Source of the DNA: Nitrososphaerota archaeon | GTDB lineage: Archaea > Thermoproteota > Nitrososphaeria > Nitrososphaerales > JACPRH01 | Reading direction: 5' to 3' | Assembly (NCBI GenBank): GCA_016190055.1 | Contig: JACPRH010000057.1 | Coordinates: 2,434 to 66,433, forward strand | Length of the DNA stretch: 64,000 nucleotides | Part shown: piece after piece, positions 46,213 through 55,226 of the stretch | Numbering within the stretch: the stretch's first letter is position 1 | Layout of the letters: each line of letters opens with the position of its first letter | Program-made: the position numbers and the translations under genes | Notes under the pieces: model-generated | What the model saw: only the letters and a program-made list of their open reading frames with translations | Database searches by the model: none | What the model was told of the DNA's origin: nothing

Positions 46213-46362
46213 TTAATCATCCGCGATGGATGTGCGTCCCTGTATCTGTCCTGTGATCGGCTCCGGATCCACATATCCACATTTTGGGCAAGCATATTCA
46301 GAGTCGATCTGCGGATTCACCCAGTACAGGTTACCGCAGTTGGAACACTGCTTCCGACCCAA
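46213..46362 (-). CDS. 49-aa zinc-ribbon protein; below the ORF-track length cut-off
   Basis: My translation: (TTG)M-GRKQCSNCGNLYWVNPQIDSEYACPKCGYVDPEPITGQIQGRTSIADD-TAA. It has two CxxC pairs. A TAA lies immediately upstream of the TTG, and the ORF fits in the gap between the OCD gene and cofE on their strand. Confidence 0.35.
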   Translation of the reverse strand: MGRKQCSNCGNLYWVNPQIDSEYACPKCGYVDPEPITGQIQGRTSIADD

Positions 46363-46431
46363 TTAACTCTCTCGATCACATAGCGAACTAACAACCAATT
46401 ATATTTTGCTGAAGCCGAGAAATGAAATCTA

Positions 46432-47415
46432 TTATTGGAGGTCGATGTTAACGCCGATTCCAGTTTCCACCGCTTTGTCGTACACCAATCGCGCCGTCGC
46501 CGTGTCTTGAATTGCCAGCCCGCCTGATTTGAAGAGAGTGATTTCTTGTGGGTTGGTACGACCGTTCTTTTGACCTGAGACAATTTCTCCGAGCTCTCCG
46601 TAAATTATACTTGGCGTGACCGATTTTTCATGAAGCGGTATTAGAAGCTCTCCGTACTCCTTCTCAGCTGCTTCTCGAAGGTCCACGACAAACTTTGATC
46701 GCTTCAGCGTTTCTGTATCGATCTCTCGTGTGCTTGCAATGTGAGATCCGACCCCGGTGATATGAGTGCCCGGCTCAAGCCATCTTCCTTTGAAGACCGG
46801 CGTCTTAGCTGTCGACGCGGTTATTATGACGTCACGACCTTTCACAGCATCCCTCGATGTCTCTGCAGCAGACACCTTAATCCCTAGTTTAGTTGACATA
46901 GCCTCAGCGTACTTCTCAGCTGCCCCAGGTACCAAATCGTAGACCGACGCGTCCTTTATATGACGTACCTCGCAGAGTGCTTCGAGTTGGGCGCGAGCCT
47001 GAATGCCAGCGCCGAAGATGCCTACGGTCTGCGCGTCACTTCTTGCGAGATACTTGGCGGCGACTCCACCTACTGCGCCGGTTCTGACCGCGGTGAGGTA
47101 GCCACCGTCCATCACTGCAAGGAGTCTGCCTGTTTCCGGGTCGTTGAGGATAATCGTGGCTATAGTGGTTGGTAGTTGCAGAGACGGGTTCCTGGTGTAG
47201 ACCGTTACGACCTTAGTGGCTAGAGCCTTTGTCTTCCTGATGTAGGCGGGCATAACTGCTATCCAGCCGCTTCGCTCCGGCGCAGTCATTATCTGGCGCG
47301 GAGGCATTTGGACTTGTCCTTCAGCTAGCTGTCGAAAGGCTTCTTCAACCGCCTGGACAGCATCACGCATCGTTAGAATTTGCTGTATGTCTTGCCCTCG
47401 AAGTATCAGAACCAC
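46432..47415 (-). CDS. ornithine cyclodeaminase / mu-crystallin family protein (archaeal alanine dehydrogenase-like)
   Basis: 327 aa: LTAVRTGAVGGVAAKYLAR, a GIFGAGIQARAQLEAL Rossmann motif and ITASTA. Confidence 0.85.
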   Translation of the reverse strand: MVLILRGQDIQQILTMRDAVQAVEEAFRQLAEGQVQMPPRQIMTAPERSGWIAVMPAYIRKTKALATKVVTVYTRNPSLQLPTTIATIILNDPETGRLLAVMDGGYLTAVRTGAVGGVAAKYLARSDAQTVGIFGAGIQARAQLEALCEVRHIKDASVYDLVPGAAEKYAEAMSTKLGIKVSAAETSRDAVKGRDVIITASTAKTPVFKGRWLEPGTHITGVGSHIASTREIDTETLKRSKFVVDLREAAEKEYGELLIPLHEKSVTPSIIYGELGEIVSGQKNGRTNPQEITLFKSGGLAIQDTATARLVYDKAVETGIGVNIDLQ

Positions 47416-47591
47416 GTGCTTACACCATCTTCTCTAGCAATTCCCCTTGAAACGTGTTGACACATATTTATTGCATATGGTTGGTTGTGTTAACCGGTCG
47501 GGCTACAAGCATCTAAGATATGGTTCAATCTTTGAGAAACCGATTATATTTATTATGTACGTACGCAGCACTGTAGCGGTGTAGTTTGCAT

Positions 47592-48773
47592 ATGGACGAG
47601 CTTAACCCACCGGAGCGGCTTCTTCTTGGCGCCGGTCCTAGTAATGTTCATCCGCGTGTAGTGAAGGCGTTACTATCCCCGCTTGTAGGTCATCTCGATC
47701 CGTATTTTATCGAGATTATGGATGAGACTAAGAAGCTTCTGGCTAAGGCCTTCAAAACCAAGAATGAGTTTTCTCTTCCGATATCAGGCACAGGAACAGC
47801 CGCCATGGAGGCCGCTATCTGCAACCTTGTTCAAGAGGGAGATGAGGTTATCATTGGTGTTAACGGCTTCTTCGCTCAACGAATGTCCGAGATGGTTCGA
47901 CGGTGGGGCGGCAAAACCCTTGAGATTAAGAAACGCTGGGGCGACGTTACCACTAAGGAAGAAGTTGAGAACCTCTTCAAGAACAGCAACGCTAACCTCG
48001 TCGCGCTGGTTCAAGGTGAAACATCCACCGGTGCACTGCAGCCTCTGCAGGATATTGCTAAAATCGCTCGCGCTTACGACGCGCTGGTGCTTGTGGATAC
48101 GGTTACATCGTTCACAGGTGTCGATCTTGACATAGACGGCTGGGGTATAGATGTCTGTTACAGTAGCCCCCAGAAGTGTCTCAACGCACCCCCAGGCGCT
48201 TCACCCATCACCGTGGGAGACAGAGCGCTGAACCGGATCCGAAACCGTCGTAAGCCAGTGCAGAGCCTCTACTTCGACTTCACGTTGATAGAGCGTTACT
48301 GGAGCGAACGAAGAATGTATCATCACACCGCGCCAATCATGAATGTCTACGCTCTAAGAGAAGCGTTGATGATAGCGCTCGAAGAGGGATTGGACAACAG
48401 AATTGCGAAGTATAAGAGAAACTCCGAGGCGTTAATGGCAGGAGTTGAAGCAGCAGGACTGACGATGAATACAGAGCATCAGTACACGCTACCGTCTCTG
48501 AATGCGGTAAGGGTTCCGGAAGGAGTTGATGCGGACAAGGTGAAGAACATCTTCCTCGACCGGTTCAACACAGAGATCGGCGCCGGCCTAGGCGAGTTAA
48601 AGGGGCAGGTATGGCGAGTCGGCTTAATGGGGCTTAACTCAAGCGAGAGAAACGTTCTCTTCTTCCTAGAGGCGCTCGAAGTTTCGCTGCGGAAGGAGGG
48701 TCATTCGTTAAAGCCTGGCGTAGCGGCTAACGCAGCCGTCGACTACTACGACGCACACCAGCCGATCAACTAG
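47592..48773 (+). CDS. class V aminotransferase (alanine-glyoxylate / serine-pyruvate type)
   Basis: LLLGAGPSNVHPRVVKAL, SGTGTAAMEAA, DTVTSFTG and SSPQKCLNAPPG (PLP lysine). ATG at 47592; a TTG lies 6 nt upstream. Confidence 0.85.
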   Translation: MDELNPPERLLLGAGPSNVHPRVVKALLSPLVGHLDPYFIEIMDETKKLLAKAFKTKNEFSLPISGTGTAAMEAAICNLVQEGDEVIIGVNGFFAQRMSEMVRRWGGKTLEIKKRWGDVTTKEEVENLFKNSNANLVALVQGETSTGALQPLQDIAKIARAYDALVLVDTVTSFTGVDLDIDGWGIDVCYSSPQKCLNAPPGASPITVGDRALNRIRNRRKPVQSLYFDFTLIERYWSERRMYHHTAPIMNVYALREALMIALEEGLDNRIAKYKRNSEALMAGVEAAGLTMNTEHQYTLPSLNAVRVPEGVDADKVKNIFLDRFNTEIGAGLGELKGQVWRVGLMGLNSSERNVLFFLEALEVSLRKEGHSLKPGVAANAAVDYYDAHQPIN

Positions 48774-48781
48774 TGGCTACG

Positions 48782-48932
48782 GGCTCGGTCCAATAATTCA
48801 AGTTCTTGCCTTGTTCTGAACAGTAGTAGTTGCTTTGAGTAATATTTTTTGTTGAGTCTTGAGTCATTTCCGCGTGAATCATTCGCAGTAATAGACCCGC
48901 AGATCTGATAAAATGAATTACTGGACTGAGCC
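48782..48932 (-). mobile_element. MITE copy A (151 bp, 19-bp terminal inverted repeats), flanked by the 9-bp direct repeat GTGGCTACG
   Basis: Termini are GGCTCGGTCCAATAATTCA ... TGAATTACTGGACTGAGCC. GTGGCTACG occurs at 48773-48781 and again at 48933-48941. About 90% identical over the full 151 bp, without indels, to the reverse complement of 51593-51743. Confidence 0.8.
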
Positions 48933-49011
48933 GTGGCTACGTAGAACTTTTTATAGCCCGTTTTAGCGGAGCTGATTGTAGAGGAGTAGCGTAAAGCCTT
49001 TGGGCAAAACG

Positions 49012-50253
49012 ATGAGCGAGAAAATACTTGGACAAAAGGCTGGTCGAGAGGTCTCAGCCGGCGAAATAGTTGTAACCGAAGTTGACTATGTTTTTGCGCA
49101 TGACGCAAGCGGCCCACTCACACTGGATCAGCTAAAGACTCTAAATATCTCTAAGCCCGCTCATCCTGACAGGACAATCCTCATTTTGGATCATGCGGTT
49201 CCAAGCCCAAACAGCACAATATCGAACAATCAAGCCCGGTTGAGAAAATGGGCTAAGGAGACTGGAAGTCGTTTCTCAGAGGCTGGTGAAGGTATCTGCC
49301 ATCAAGTCATGGCTGAGAATTACGCTAGCCCCGGTCAAGTAGTACTCGGAACCGATTCACATACCGTTACCGCAGGAGCCTTAGGGGCATTTGCGACAGG
49401 TATGGGCGCCACTGACATTGCGGTGGCAATAGGGTTGGGGAAGACTTGGCTCAGGGTTCCTGAGTCGATTAAGATTGAGGTTGAAGGAGCGCTGCAGCCC
49501 GGTGTCTACGCTAAGGATGTTATCCTCACCGCGATAGGTAAGCTGGGTGTTGAGGGAGCTAATTACAAGGCGCTTGAGTTCGTCGGCGAAACCATTTCTA
49601 AGATGCGTATCGATGAGAGGCTTACCCTTTCGAACATGGCTGTTGAAGCTGGTGCAAAGGTTGGGCTCATCTCATCCGACGCTACGACAAAGAAGTATCT
49701 TGAGAGCAGAGGTAGAGGAAAGAACTTCCAGCAGATCGCCCCCGACAAAAACGCTGAGTATGAGAGAGAAATGACTATTGAGGCTGAGAATGTTGAGCCG
49801 ACAGTCGCTTTCCCCGACAACGTTGACAATGTTAAACCGGTCAGCGAGGCTGCGGGGTTGGAGATGCAGCAAGTGTTCATTGGAAGCTGCACCAACGGCC
49901 GTCTACAGGATCTGCAGATTGCCGCTAAAATCCTGAAAGGCAAACACGTGAGCCCAAACATAAGGCTGATTGTTACGCCTGCGTCCCGCGAAACTTTGAT
50001 CTTGGCGATGCAGGACGGAACCATCGAAGCCCTGGTACAGGCGGGTGCCTCAGTTACTCCACCAGGATGCGGAGTCTGCTTCGGAGCGCTTGGCGGCGTT
50101 CCGGCCGACGGTGAACGCATCCTCACAACAACAAACCGTAACTTCTTGGGGCGAACAGGCAACCCGAACGCCGGAACATATTTGGCTTCACCAGCTACTG
50201 CAGCTGCGACAGCGTTGAAGGGTGCGTTAACCGATCCGAGGCGATTAGCATGA
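49012..50253 (+). CDS. leuC: 3-isopropylmalate dehydratase / homoaconitase large subunit
   Basis: Aconitase family: FAHDASGP, GICHQV, GTDSHT, GSCTNGR and the CGVCFG cluster ligands. ATG at 49012. Confidence 0.9.
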   Translation: MSEKILGQKAGREVSAGEIVVTEVDYVFAHDASGPLTLDQLKTLNISKPAHPDRTILILDHAVPSPNSTISNNQARLRKWAKETGSRFSEAGEGICHQVMAENYASPGQVVLGTDSHTVTAGALGAFATGMGATDIAVAIGLGKTWLRVPESIKIEVEGALQPGVYAKDVILTAIGKLGVEGANYKALEFVGETISKMRIDERLTLSNMAVEAGAKVGLISSDATTKKYLESRGRGKNFQQIAPDKNAEYEREMTIEAENVEPTVAFPDNVDNVKPVSEAAGLEMQQVFIGSCTNGRLQDLQIAAKILKGKHVSPNIRLIVTPASRETLILAMQDGTIEALVQAGASVTPPGCGVCFGALGGVPADGERILTTTNRNFLGRTGNPNAGTYLASPATAAATALKGALTDPRRLA

Positions 50254-50750
50254 AGACATTGAATGGGCGCGCATGGAAATTCGGTGACATGGTTACTACA
50301 GATCATATCTGCCCAGGACGATACTTCCATCTCAGAACAAACCTACCTGAGCTAGCAAAGCATACCCTTGAGGACGCACGCGCAGACTACGCTAAGAATG
50401 TGAAGCCGGGCGATATCGTGGTGGCAGGCCGCAACTTTGGTATGGGCTCAAGCCGTGAACACGCCCCAGTCGTGATCAAGGTATCAGGCGCATCAGCGGT
50501 AGTAGCGAAATCCTTCGCTCGTATCTTCTACCGGAACGCGGTGAACATTGGGTTGCCGGTGGTCATCTGCGATACTAGCCGAATTGAGGATGGAGATGAG
50601 CTATCCATCGATCTTGAAACGGGTAAACTGATTGATATGACAAAGAAGTTTGAGATCAAGTTTGCACCGATGCCGGCTGCAATGATGGGCATCCTGTCCG
50701 AAGGCGGGCTTGTTCCATACATTCAGAAGCATGGCGACCTGAAGATTTAA
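50250..50750 (+). CDS. leuD: 3-isopropylmalate dehydratase / homoaconitase small subunit
   Basis: 166 aa: GRAWKFGDMVTTDHI, NFGMGSSREHAP and a 4-nt overlap with the large subunit. Confidence 0.9.
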   Translation: MKTLNGRAWKFGDMVTTDHICPGRYFHLRTNLPELAKHTLEDARADYAKNVKPGDIVVAGRNFGMGSSREHAPVVIKVSGASAVVAKSFARIFYRNAVNIGLPVVICDTSRIEDGDELSIDLETGKLIDMTKKFEIKFAPMPAAMMGILSEGGLVPYIQKHGDLKI

Positions 50751-50758
50751 ACATCTAG

Positions 50759-51238
50759 ATGCAGAGAATTATTCAAGCTGATTCTGAGGAGCTCATCAGC
50801 AAGATTCGAGAGCTGATGAATGAATACGCTGATTCAATGGGTTTCCGTTTTCGAGACTTTGAAAAAGAGATCGCAGAGCTTCCAGGCGAATATGCCCCTC
50901 CTGAAGGACGTCTCCTATTAGCAGTTGAGGATGACATAGCTGCGGGATGCGTAGCGCTGCGGAAGCTCACAGATGAGGTATCAGAAATGAGACGATTATA
51001 CGTGAGACCAGAGTTCCGAGGAAAACGAGTAGGCAGACAATTAGCAACAGCGGCCATCTATCAGGCACGCCTTATCGGTTACAGAAGCATCCGGTTGATA
51101 ACGCTCCCATCTATGGAGAAGGCGGTTGCACTCTACCATTCACTCGGCTTCAAGGAGATACAGCCCTACAGGCAAATTCCCTCAAGCAGCGCAATCTTCA
51201 TGGAACTGCGTTTAAAACAAAACGATAAATGCAGTTAA
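50759..51238 (+). CDS. GNAT family N-acetyltransferase
   Basis: 159 aa: LYVRPEFRGKRVGRQLATAAI acetyl-CoA motif A. Confidence 0.8.
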   Translation: MQRIIQADSEELISKIRELMNEYADSMGFRFRDFEKEIAELPGEYAPPEGRLLLAVEDDIAAGCVALRKLTDEVSEMRRLYVRPEFRGKRVGRQLATAAIYQARLIGYRSIRLITLPSMEKAVALYHSLGFKEIQPYRQIPSSSAIFMELRLKQNDKCS

Positions 51239-51255
51239 ACAGCTAGAATCTCAGC

Positions 51256-51534
51256 ATGGCCAAGACACGCGCACACATCTATGTTTCAGGCCTCGTACAA
51301 GGAGTATTCTTTCGAGCCAACGCAGCCAGCAAAGCCCAGTCACTAGACCTCTCCGGATGGGTGAAGAACCTACCGGACGGCCGCGTAGAGCTCACCGTAG
51401 AAGGAGACAAGGAGCAGGTTAACCAGATGATAGAGTGGTGCAAAATTGGGCCGCCAGCCGCTGAGGTACAGGATATAGAGGTTGAGACTCAGCTATACAC
51501 AGGACAGTTCGGCAGCTTCGCTGTAATACGTTAA
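51256..51534 (+). CDS. acyP: acylphosphatase
   Basis: 92 aa: VSGLVQGVFFRANAASKAQSLDLSGWVKNLPDGRVE, matching the acylphosphatase signatures. Confidence 0.85.
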   Translation: MAKTRAHIYVSGLVQGVFFRANAASKAQSLDLSGWVKNLPDGRVELTVEGDKEQVNQMIEWCKIGPPAAEVQDIEVETQLYTGQFGSFAVIR

Positions 51535-51592
51535 TTCCTAGAATAACGAAACCGAAGATTTAACAATAGCCTAAAATCTTTCGCTATGCACC

Positions 51593-51743
51593 GGCTCAGT
51601 CCAGTAATTCATTTTATCTGATCGTCGCGTGTATTGCTGCGAATAATTCACGCGGAAGTGACGCAAGACTCAACAAGAAATATTGCTCAAAGCAACTGCT
51701 ACTGTTCAGAACGAGGCTAGAACTTGAATTATTGGACTGAGCC
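51593..51743 (+). mobile_element. MITE copy B (151 bp, 19-bp terminal inverted repeats), flanked by the 9-bp direct repeat CTATGCACC
   Basis: Termini are GGCTCAGTCCAGTAATTCA ... TGAATTATTGGACTGAGCC. CTATGCACC occurs at 51584-51592 and again at 51744-51752. Inverted relative to copy A. Confidence 0.8.
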
Positions 51744-51784
51744 CTATGCACCTTTCAGTTAAAATACGACCCGTTTTTTAACGG

Positions 51785-52438
51785 TTGGTAGAGAACAAAG
51801 TGAAAATCCCATTAAACATAAAGGAGTGGCTAATTCCACAGGATAAAATCTTCTTCTCCCTTTTGGAGGAGCAATCTAGGCTTGTCGTCCAAGGCGCCAA
51901 GCTGCTTAACGATCTTCTACTTGACTACAAGGATGTCGCCAAAAGGCGAAAAGAGATCAAGGAGATTGAGCATAAAGGCGACGAAGTGGTCCATACTATA
52001 CAGGATCGGTTGGCACACACCTTCATCACGCCAATCGACCGTGAAGATATCGATCAGTTGTCATCGCTTTACGATGATGTTCTCGACTTCACTAACACAA
52101 TCGTCAACAAACTATACGCCTACAGAATTACGGAGATAACACGGGAGATGACGCTCTTCGGAGAAGTAATCCTGAAAGCAGTTACTGAGCTAAACGTAGC
52201 CTTCCAAAACATGCGCAGCCTAAACCAAAAGGAGATTGAGCGCAGAAGCGTCGAAGTGCACTTCCTGGAAAACGAGGCTGACGAACTCCTCAACAAATCA
52301 GTCGCCGAACTATTCGAGCAGAAGGACGTAATCCTGATCATCAAATACAAAGAGATATACGAAGATCTTGAAAGATTAACCGATGTCTGTGAAGACGTCA
52401 GCAACCTTCTAAGGGACATAGTGCTTAAGCACTCTTAA
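51785..52438 (+). CDS. DUF47 / PhoU-like putative phosphate transport regulator
   Basis: 217 aa helical protein (IEHKGDEVVH...ITPIDREDI...ENEADEL) immediately upstream of a PiT transporter, the classic DUF47-PiT pair. Confidence 0.75.
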   Translation: MVENKVKIPLNIKEWLIPQDKIFFSLLEEQSRLVVQGAKLLNDLLLDYKDVAKRRKEIKEIEHKGDEVVHTIQDRLAHTFITPIDREDIDQLSSLYDDVLDFTNTIVNKLYAYRITEITREMTLFGEVILKAVTELNVAFQNMRSLNQKEIERRSVEVHFLENEADELLNKSVAELFEQKDVILIIKYKEIYEDLERLTDVCEDVSNLLRDIVLKHS

Positions 52439-52511
52439 ATCTGAGGTACATCACCGCAGAGCAGAAGGAGATTGATGTGACACCTATAGAGGAGATTGGG
52501 TGACAAATTAA

Positions 52512-53513
52512 TTGTTCCTAGACCCATTCATCCTTTCAATCATCGCAGCTGCCTTCCTCTTCGACTTCCTCAACGGCTTTCACGATGCCGCCAACTCTAT
52601 CGCAACGGTCGTCTCAACCCGAGTTCTCGCACCGATCACCGCCGTCGGCATGGCCGCCCTCTTCAACTTCGTCGCCCTCTTCGTATTCCAAACAGGAGTA
52701 GCGTCAACAATCGGTAAAGGCATCGTCAGAGCAGACACCGTTACACCAATAGTTGTGTTAGCAGCCCTCATCAGCGCAATCATCTGGCTATTGGTCACAT
52801 GGTGGTTTGGACTACCTATAAGCTCATCACACTCTCTGATCGGGGGTCTAATCGGCGCAGCCTTCGCCAAAGCCGGTATTGGAGCACTGCTCTCCGGCAA
52901 AATCGAGGTCGTAGTAGTGTTCATCTTCATCTCACCCGTAGCAGGCACCGTTGCAGCATTCCTCCTGATGTCGATGATTATCCGGCTCTTCGGGCATCAG
53001 AGCGCCACTCATGCAAACCGGTACTTCAGACGCCTCCAGATTATTTCTGCATCGCTTTACAGCCTCAGCCACGGAGGGAACGACGCTCAGAAAACAATGG
53101 GCATCGTCGCCCTACTCCTTTTCAGCTCAGGGAATCTTGGCCCAGAGTTTTACGTGCCCTTCTGGGTCGCCATGCTTGCTCACCTAGCTATTGCGCTAGG
53201 AACATTATCAGGAGGATGGCGAATCGTTCGCACAATGGGTGGAAAGATTACGAAGCTTGATCCAATGCACGGCTTCGCCGCTGAAACAGCCGGATCAAGC
53301 ATAGTCATCAGCTCAACCATCCTAGGCGTACCGGTCAGCACCACCCACGTTATCGCAGGCTCAATCATCGGGGTCGGAGCTACCCGTAGACTCTCAGCGG
53401 TCAGGTGGGGAGTCGCTAGAAGAATCGTGTGGAGCTGGGTCATCACTATACCGATCGCAGCCGGTGTTGCAGCGCTGATATATTGGGTTGCTTCACTATT
53501 TTTAGGCGCCTAA
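52512..53513 (+). CDS. pit: inorganic phosphate transporter, PiT (PHO4) family
   Basis: 333 aa with the duplicated signature FLNGFHDAANSIAT / SHGGNDAQKTMG. Polytopic. Confidence 0.9.
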   Translation: MFLDPFILSIIAAAFLFDFLNGFHDAANSIATVVSTRVLAPITAVGMAALFNFVALFVFQTGVASTIGKGIVRADTVTPIVVLAALISAIIWLLVTWWFGLPISSSHSLIGGLIGAAFAKAGIGALLSGKIEVVVVFIFISPVAGTVAAFLLMSMIIRLFGHQSATHANRYFRRLQIISASLYSLSHGGNDAQKTMGIVALLLFSSGNLGPEFYVPFWVAMLAHLAIALGTLSGGWRIVRTMGGKITKLDPMHGFAAETAGSSIVISSTILGVPVSTTHVIAGSIIGVGATRRLSAVRWGVARRIVWSWVITIPIAAGVAALIYWVASLFLGA

Positions 53514-55144
53514 GAAGCGGATTTAGTAATGTAGAATTCATCAATCACCGAGCCATTCTCAGTTTTAATAGCCTTGTAGTGGAGTCTGTTGCCTTCAATT
53601 GATATCTGCAGAAACTCATAAACCGCTGCCCGCCGAGCAGACCAAGTAGGCGCAGGCTGGCTGAACTGGTAGAGACTTTCTCCACCCCCGCCAGTAACCA
53701 CGTAGATAGTACCCTTAGGGTCAACGTACTGCTCGAAGCTGTACGTGGTTTCGGTACCGTTGTAAATAGGGTATGTGCGCTGATAGTTATGATCATGGCC
53801 GGTGAGCACAAGATCCACGTGGTAGCTATCCAGGATCGGAGTCAAGTTCGATCTCAACAAGAGCAGGTTGGGGTAGCGTCCTGAACTGTAAGGAGGAAAA
53901 TGCAGATACACAATTATCCAGTTAATACGCGGATTATTAGAGGCCGCCTTAAGATCCTGGGCAAGCCAGATGTACTGCGGTGCCTTACCGTCAGCGTATG
54001 GAGAAACGTAGAGAGACACGAAATGAGTGTTTCCCCATTCAAACGAGTACCACTGCTCATTCCCCGGAAGCACAAACTGATTAAGATACAAGCTTAGATT
54101 CCCACCCACATTCGCATCAACCTCATGGTTACCTATTGTTGGCAAATAGAGCGCGTTCGATGCGATGGGCTCTATTATCTTGAACCACTTATCCCAAGTT
54201 CCCTGTGAACCGGTGGAGTAAGACAAATCACCTACGGGAAGAGTGAAAGAAGACTTTAGTGCCGACGCTAGCTCAACATTCTTAATGCTGTTCTTAGTTG
54301 TTCCTTGATCAGCAATAGCTGTGAACGTGAAGTTGCGCCCATCAACCGGCGCAGTCTGAAAAGTATGGTCCACACTCCAACCTCCAACCGGGTCGCCGAC
54401 CCTATAATGATAAGTGGTTCCAGGTGTCAGTCCGTCGATCTTCACCCGGTGCAAAACTCCTGCTGAACCCGAGTACGTATATGTGCTACCCATAGCCTGC
54501 GAGCCATACTCAGCACTGGTGCCGTACTCGACAATACTACTGTTTGTAGTACCTCCAGTCTTCCAGACAACCGAGACGGTTACAGAAGGATCGCCCTCCG
54601 TCGAAAGATGAACAGATACAGGAGGTTGGGAGGGAGGAACGGAAGATGTCCTAGTCGTAGTAATAGTAGTAGTTGTGCTGGTCGTTGTATTCTTTGTCGA
54701 AGAGGACACTATGCTACTATTGCTGCTGGTAGTTGTGGTGCTTCGGTTACTAGTAGTTGTACTGGTCTGATTACTTGTCGTGGTTGTAGTGGTACTGCTA
54801 TTAGTGGTAATGGTTGTAACGCTGGTACTTACCGTGGTGTGACTGCTAGTCTTGTTGCTACTAATTGTAGTTGTACGAGTAGATTCACTGGTGTTTGTGC
54901 GGGTAAGGGTGGTTGTTGATGACAATGTTACTGTTGTGGTAGTGTTAGCTGCGGGTATGGCTGTTGATGAAGTCATTGTGGTGCTGGTGGTGTTTGTTGT
55001 GCTGATCGTTGTAGTGGTATAGCCCGGCGTTGGAGGTGGAGTTAGAATTAAAACCGCCGCTATAATTGAGAGTATTGAGATTAGAAGAACGACTGCTATA
55101 ATGATGAACTTGGTTCGTGTCAGCTCGACATTTCTGATCCTCAA
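53510..55144 (-). CDS. membrane-anchored purple acid phosphatase-like metallophosphoesterase with a ~135-aa Thr/Ser stalk
   Basis: 544 aa. TM anchor IIIAVVLLISILSIIAAVLIL, a poly-T/S region (~54630-55036), a PAP N-terminal FN3-like part (VVWKT...YHYRVG), and GDLSY, GNHE and GHDHNYQR metallophosphatase motifs. Confidence 0.8.
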   Translation of the reverse strand: MRIRNVELTRTKFIIIAVVLLISILSIIAAVLILTPPPTPGYTTTTISTTNTTSTTMTSSTAIPAANTTTTVTLSSTTTLTRTNTSESTRTTTISSNKTSSHTTVSTSVTTITTNSSTTTTTTSNQTSTTTSNRSTTTTSSNSSIVSSSTKNTTTSTTTTITTTRTSSVPPSQPPVSVHLSTEGDPSVTVSVVWKTGGTTNSSIVEYGTSAEYGSQAMGSTYTYSGSAGVLHRVKIDGLTPGTTYHYRVGDPVGGWSVDHTFQTAPVDGRNFTFTAIADQGTTKNSIKNVELASALKSSFTLPVGDLSYSTGSQGTWDKWFKIIEPIASNALYLPTIGNHEVDANVGGNLSLYLNQFVLPGNEQWYSFEWGNTHFVSLYVSPYADGKAPQYIWLAQDLKAASNNPRINWIIVYLHFPPYSSGRYPNLLLLRSNLTPILDSYHVDLVLTGHDHNYQRTYPIYNGTETTYSFEQYVDPKGTIYVVTGGGGESLYQFSQPAPTWSARRAAVYEFLQISIEGNRLHYKAIKTENGSVIDEFYITKSAS

Positions 55145-55226
55145 CAGATATGCGCCTGCGTTGCTGATTCTATGAGGCGCACTGCACTAAATAGATATCT
55201 AGAATTGTGAGTCGAATTATCTATAA

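Noticed and set aside
48770-49117. 115-aa minus-strand ORF spanning the aminotransferase-leuC gap
   Set aside because: It runs through MITE copy A and antisense into leuC. It is low-complexity, so the repeat structure explains the open frame.
48773-51752. Composite transposon formed by the two MITE copies
   Set aside because: Each copy has its own matching 9-bp duplication (GTGGCTACG and CTATGCACC), and the outer flanks do not match each other. The copies therefore inserted independently, and the enclosed genes are ordinary metabolism.
52496-53260. Alternative-frame ORFs (52496-52717, 52799-53260 on the plus strand; 52580-52948 on the minus strand) within the PiT gene
   Set aside because: The PiT frame carries both GxxDxxN/GGNDAQK signatures and continuous TM helices. 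The alternatives are Arg/Pro-rich.
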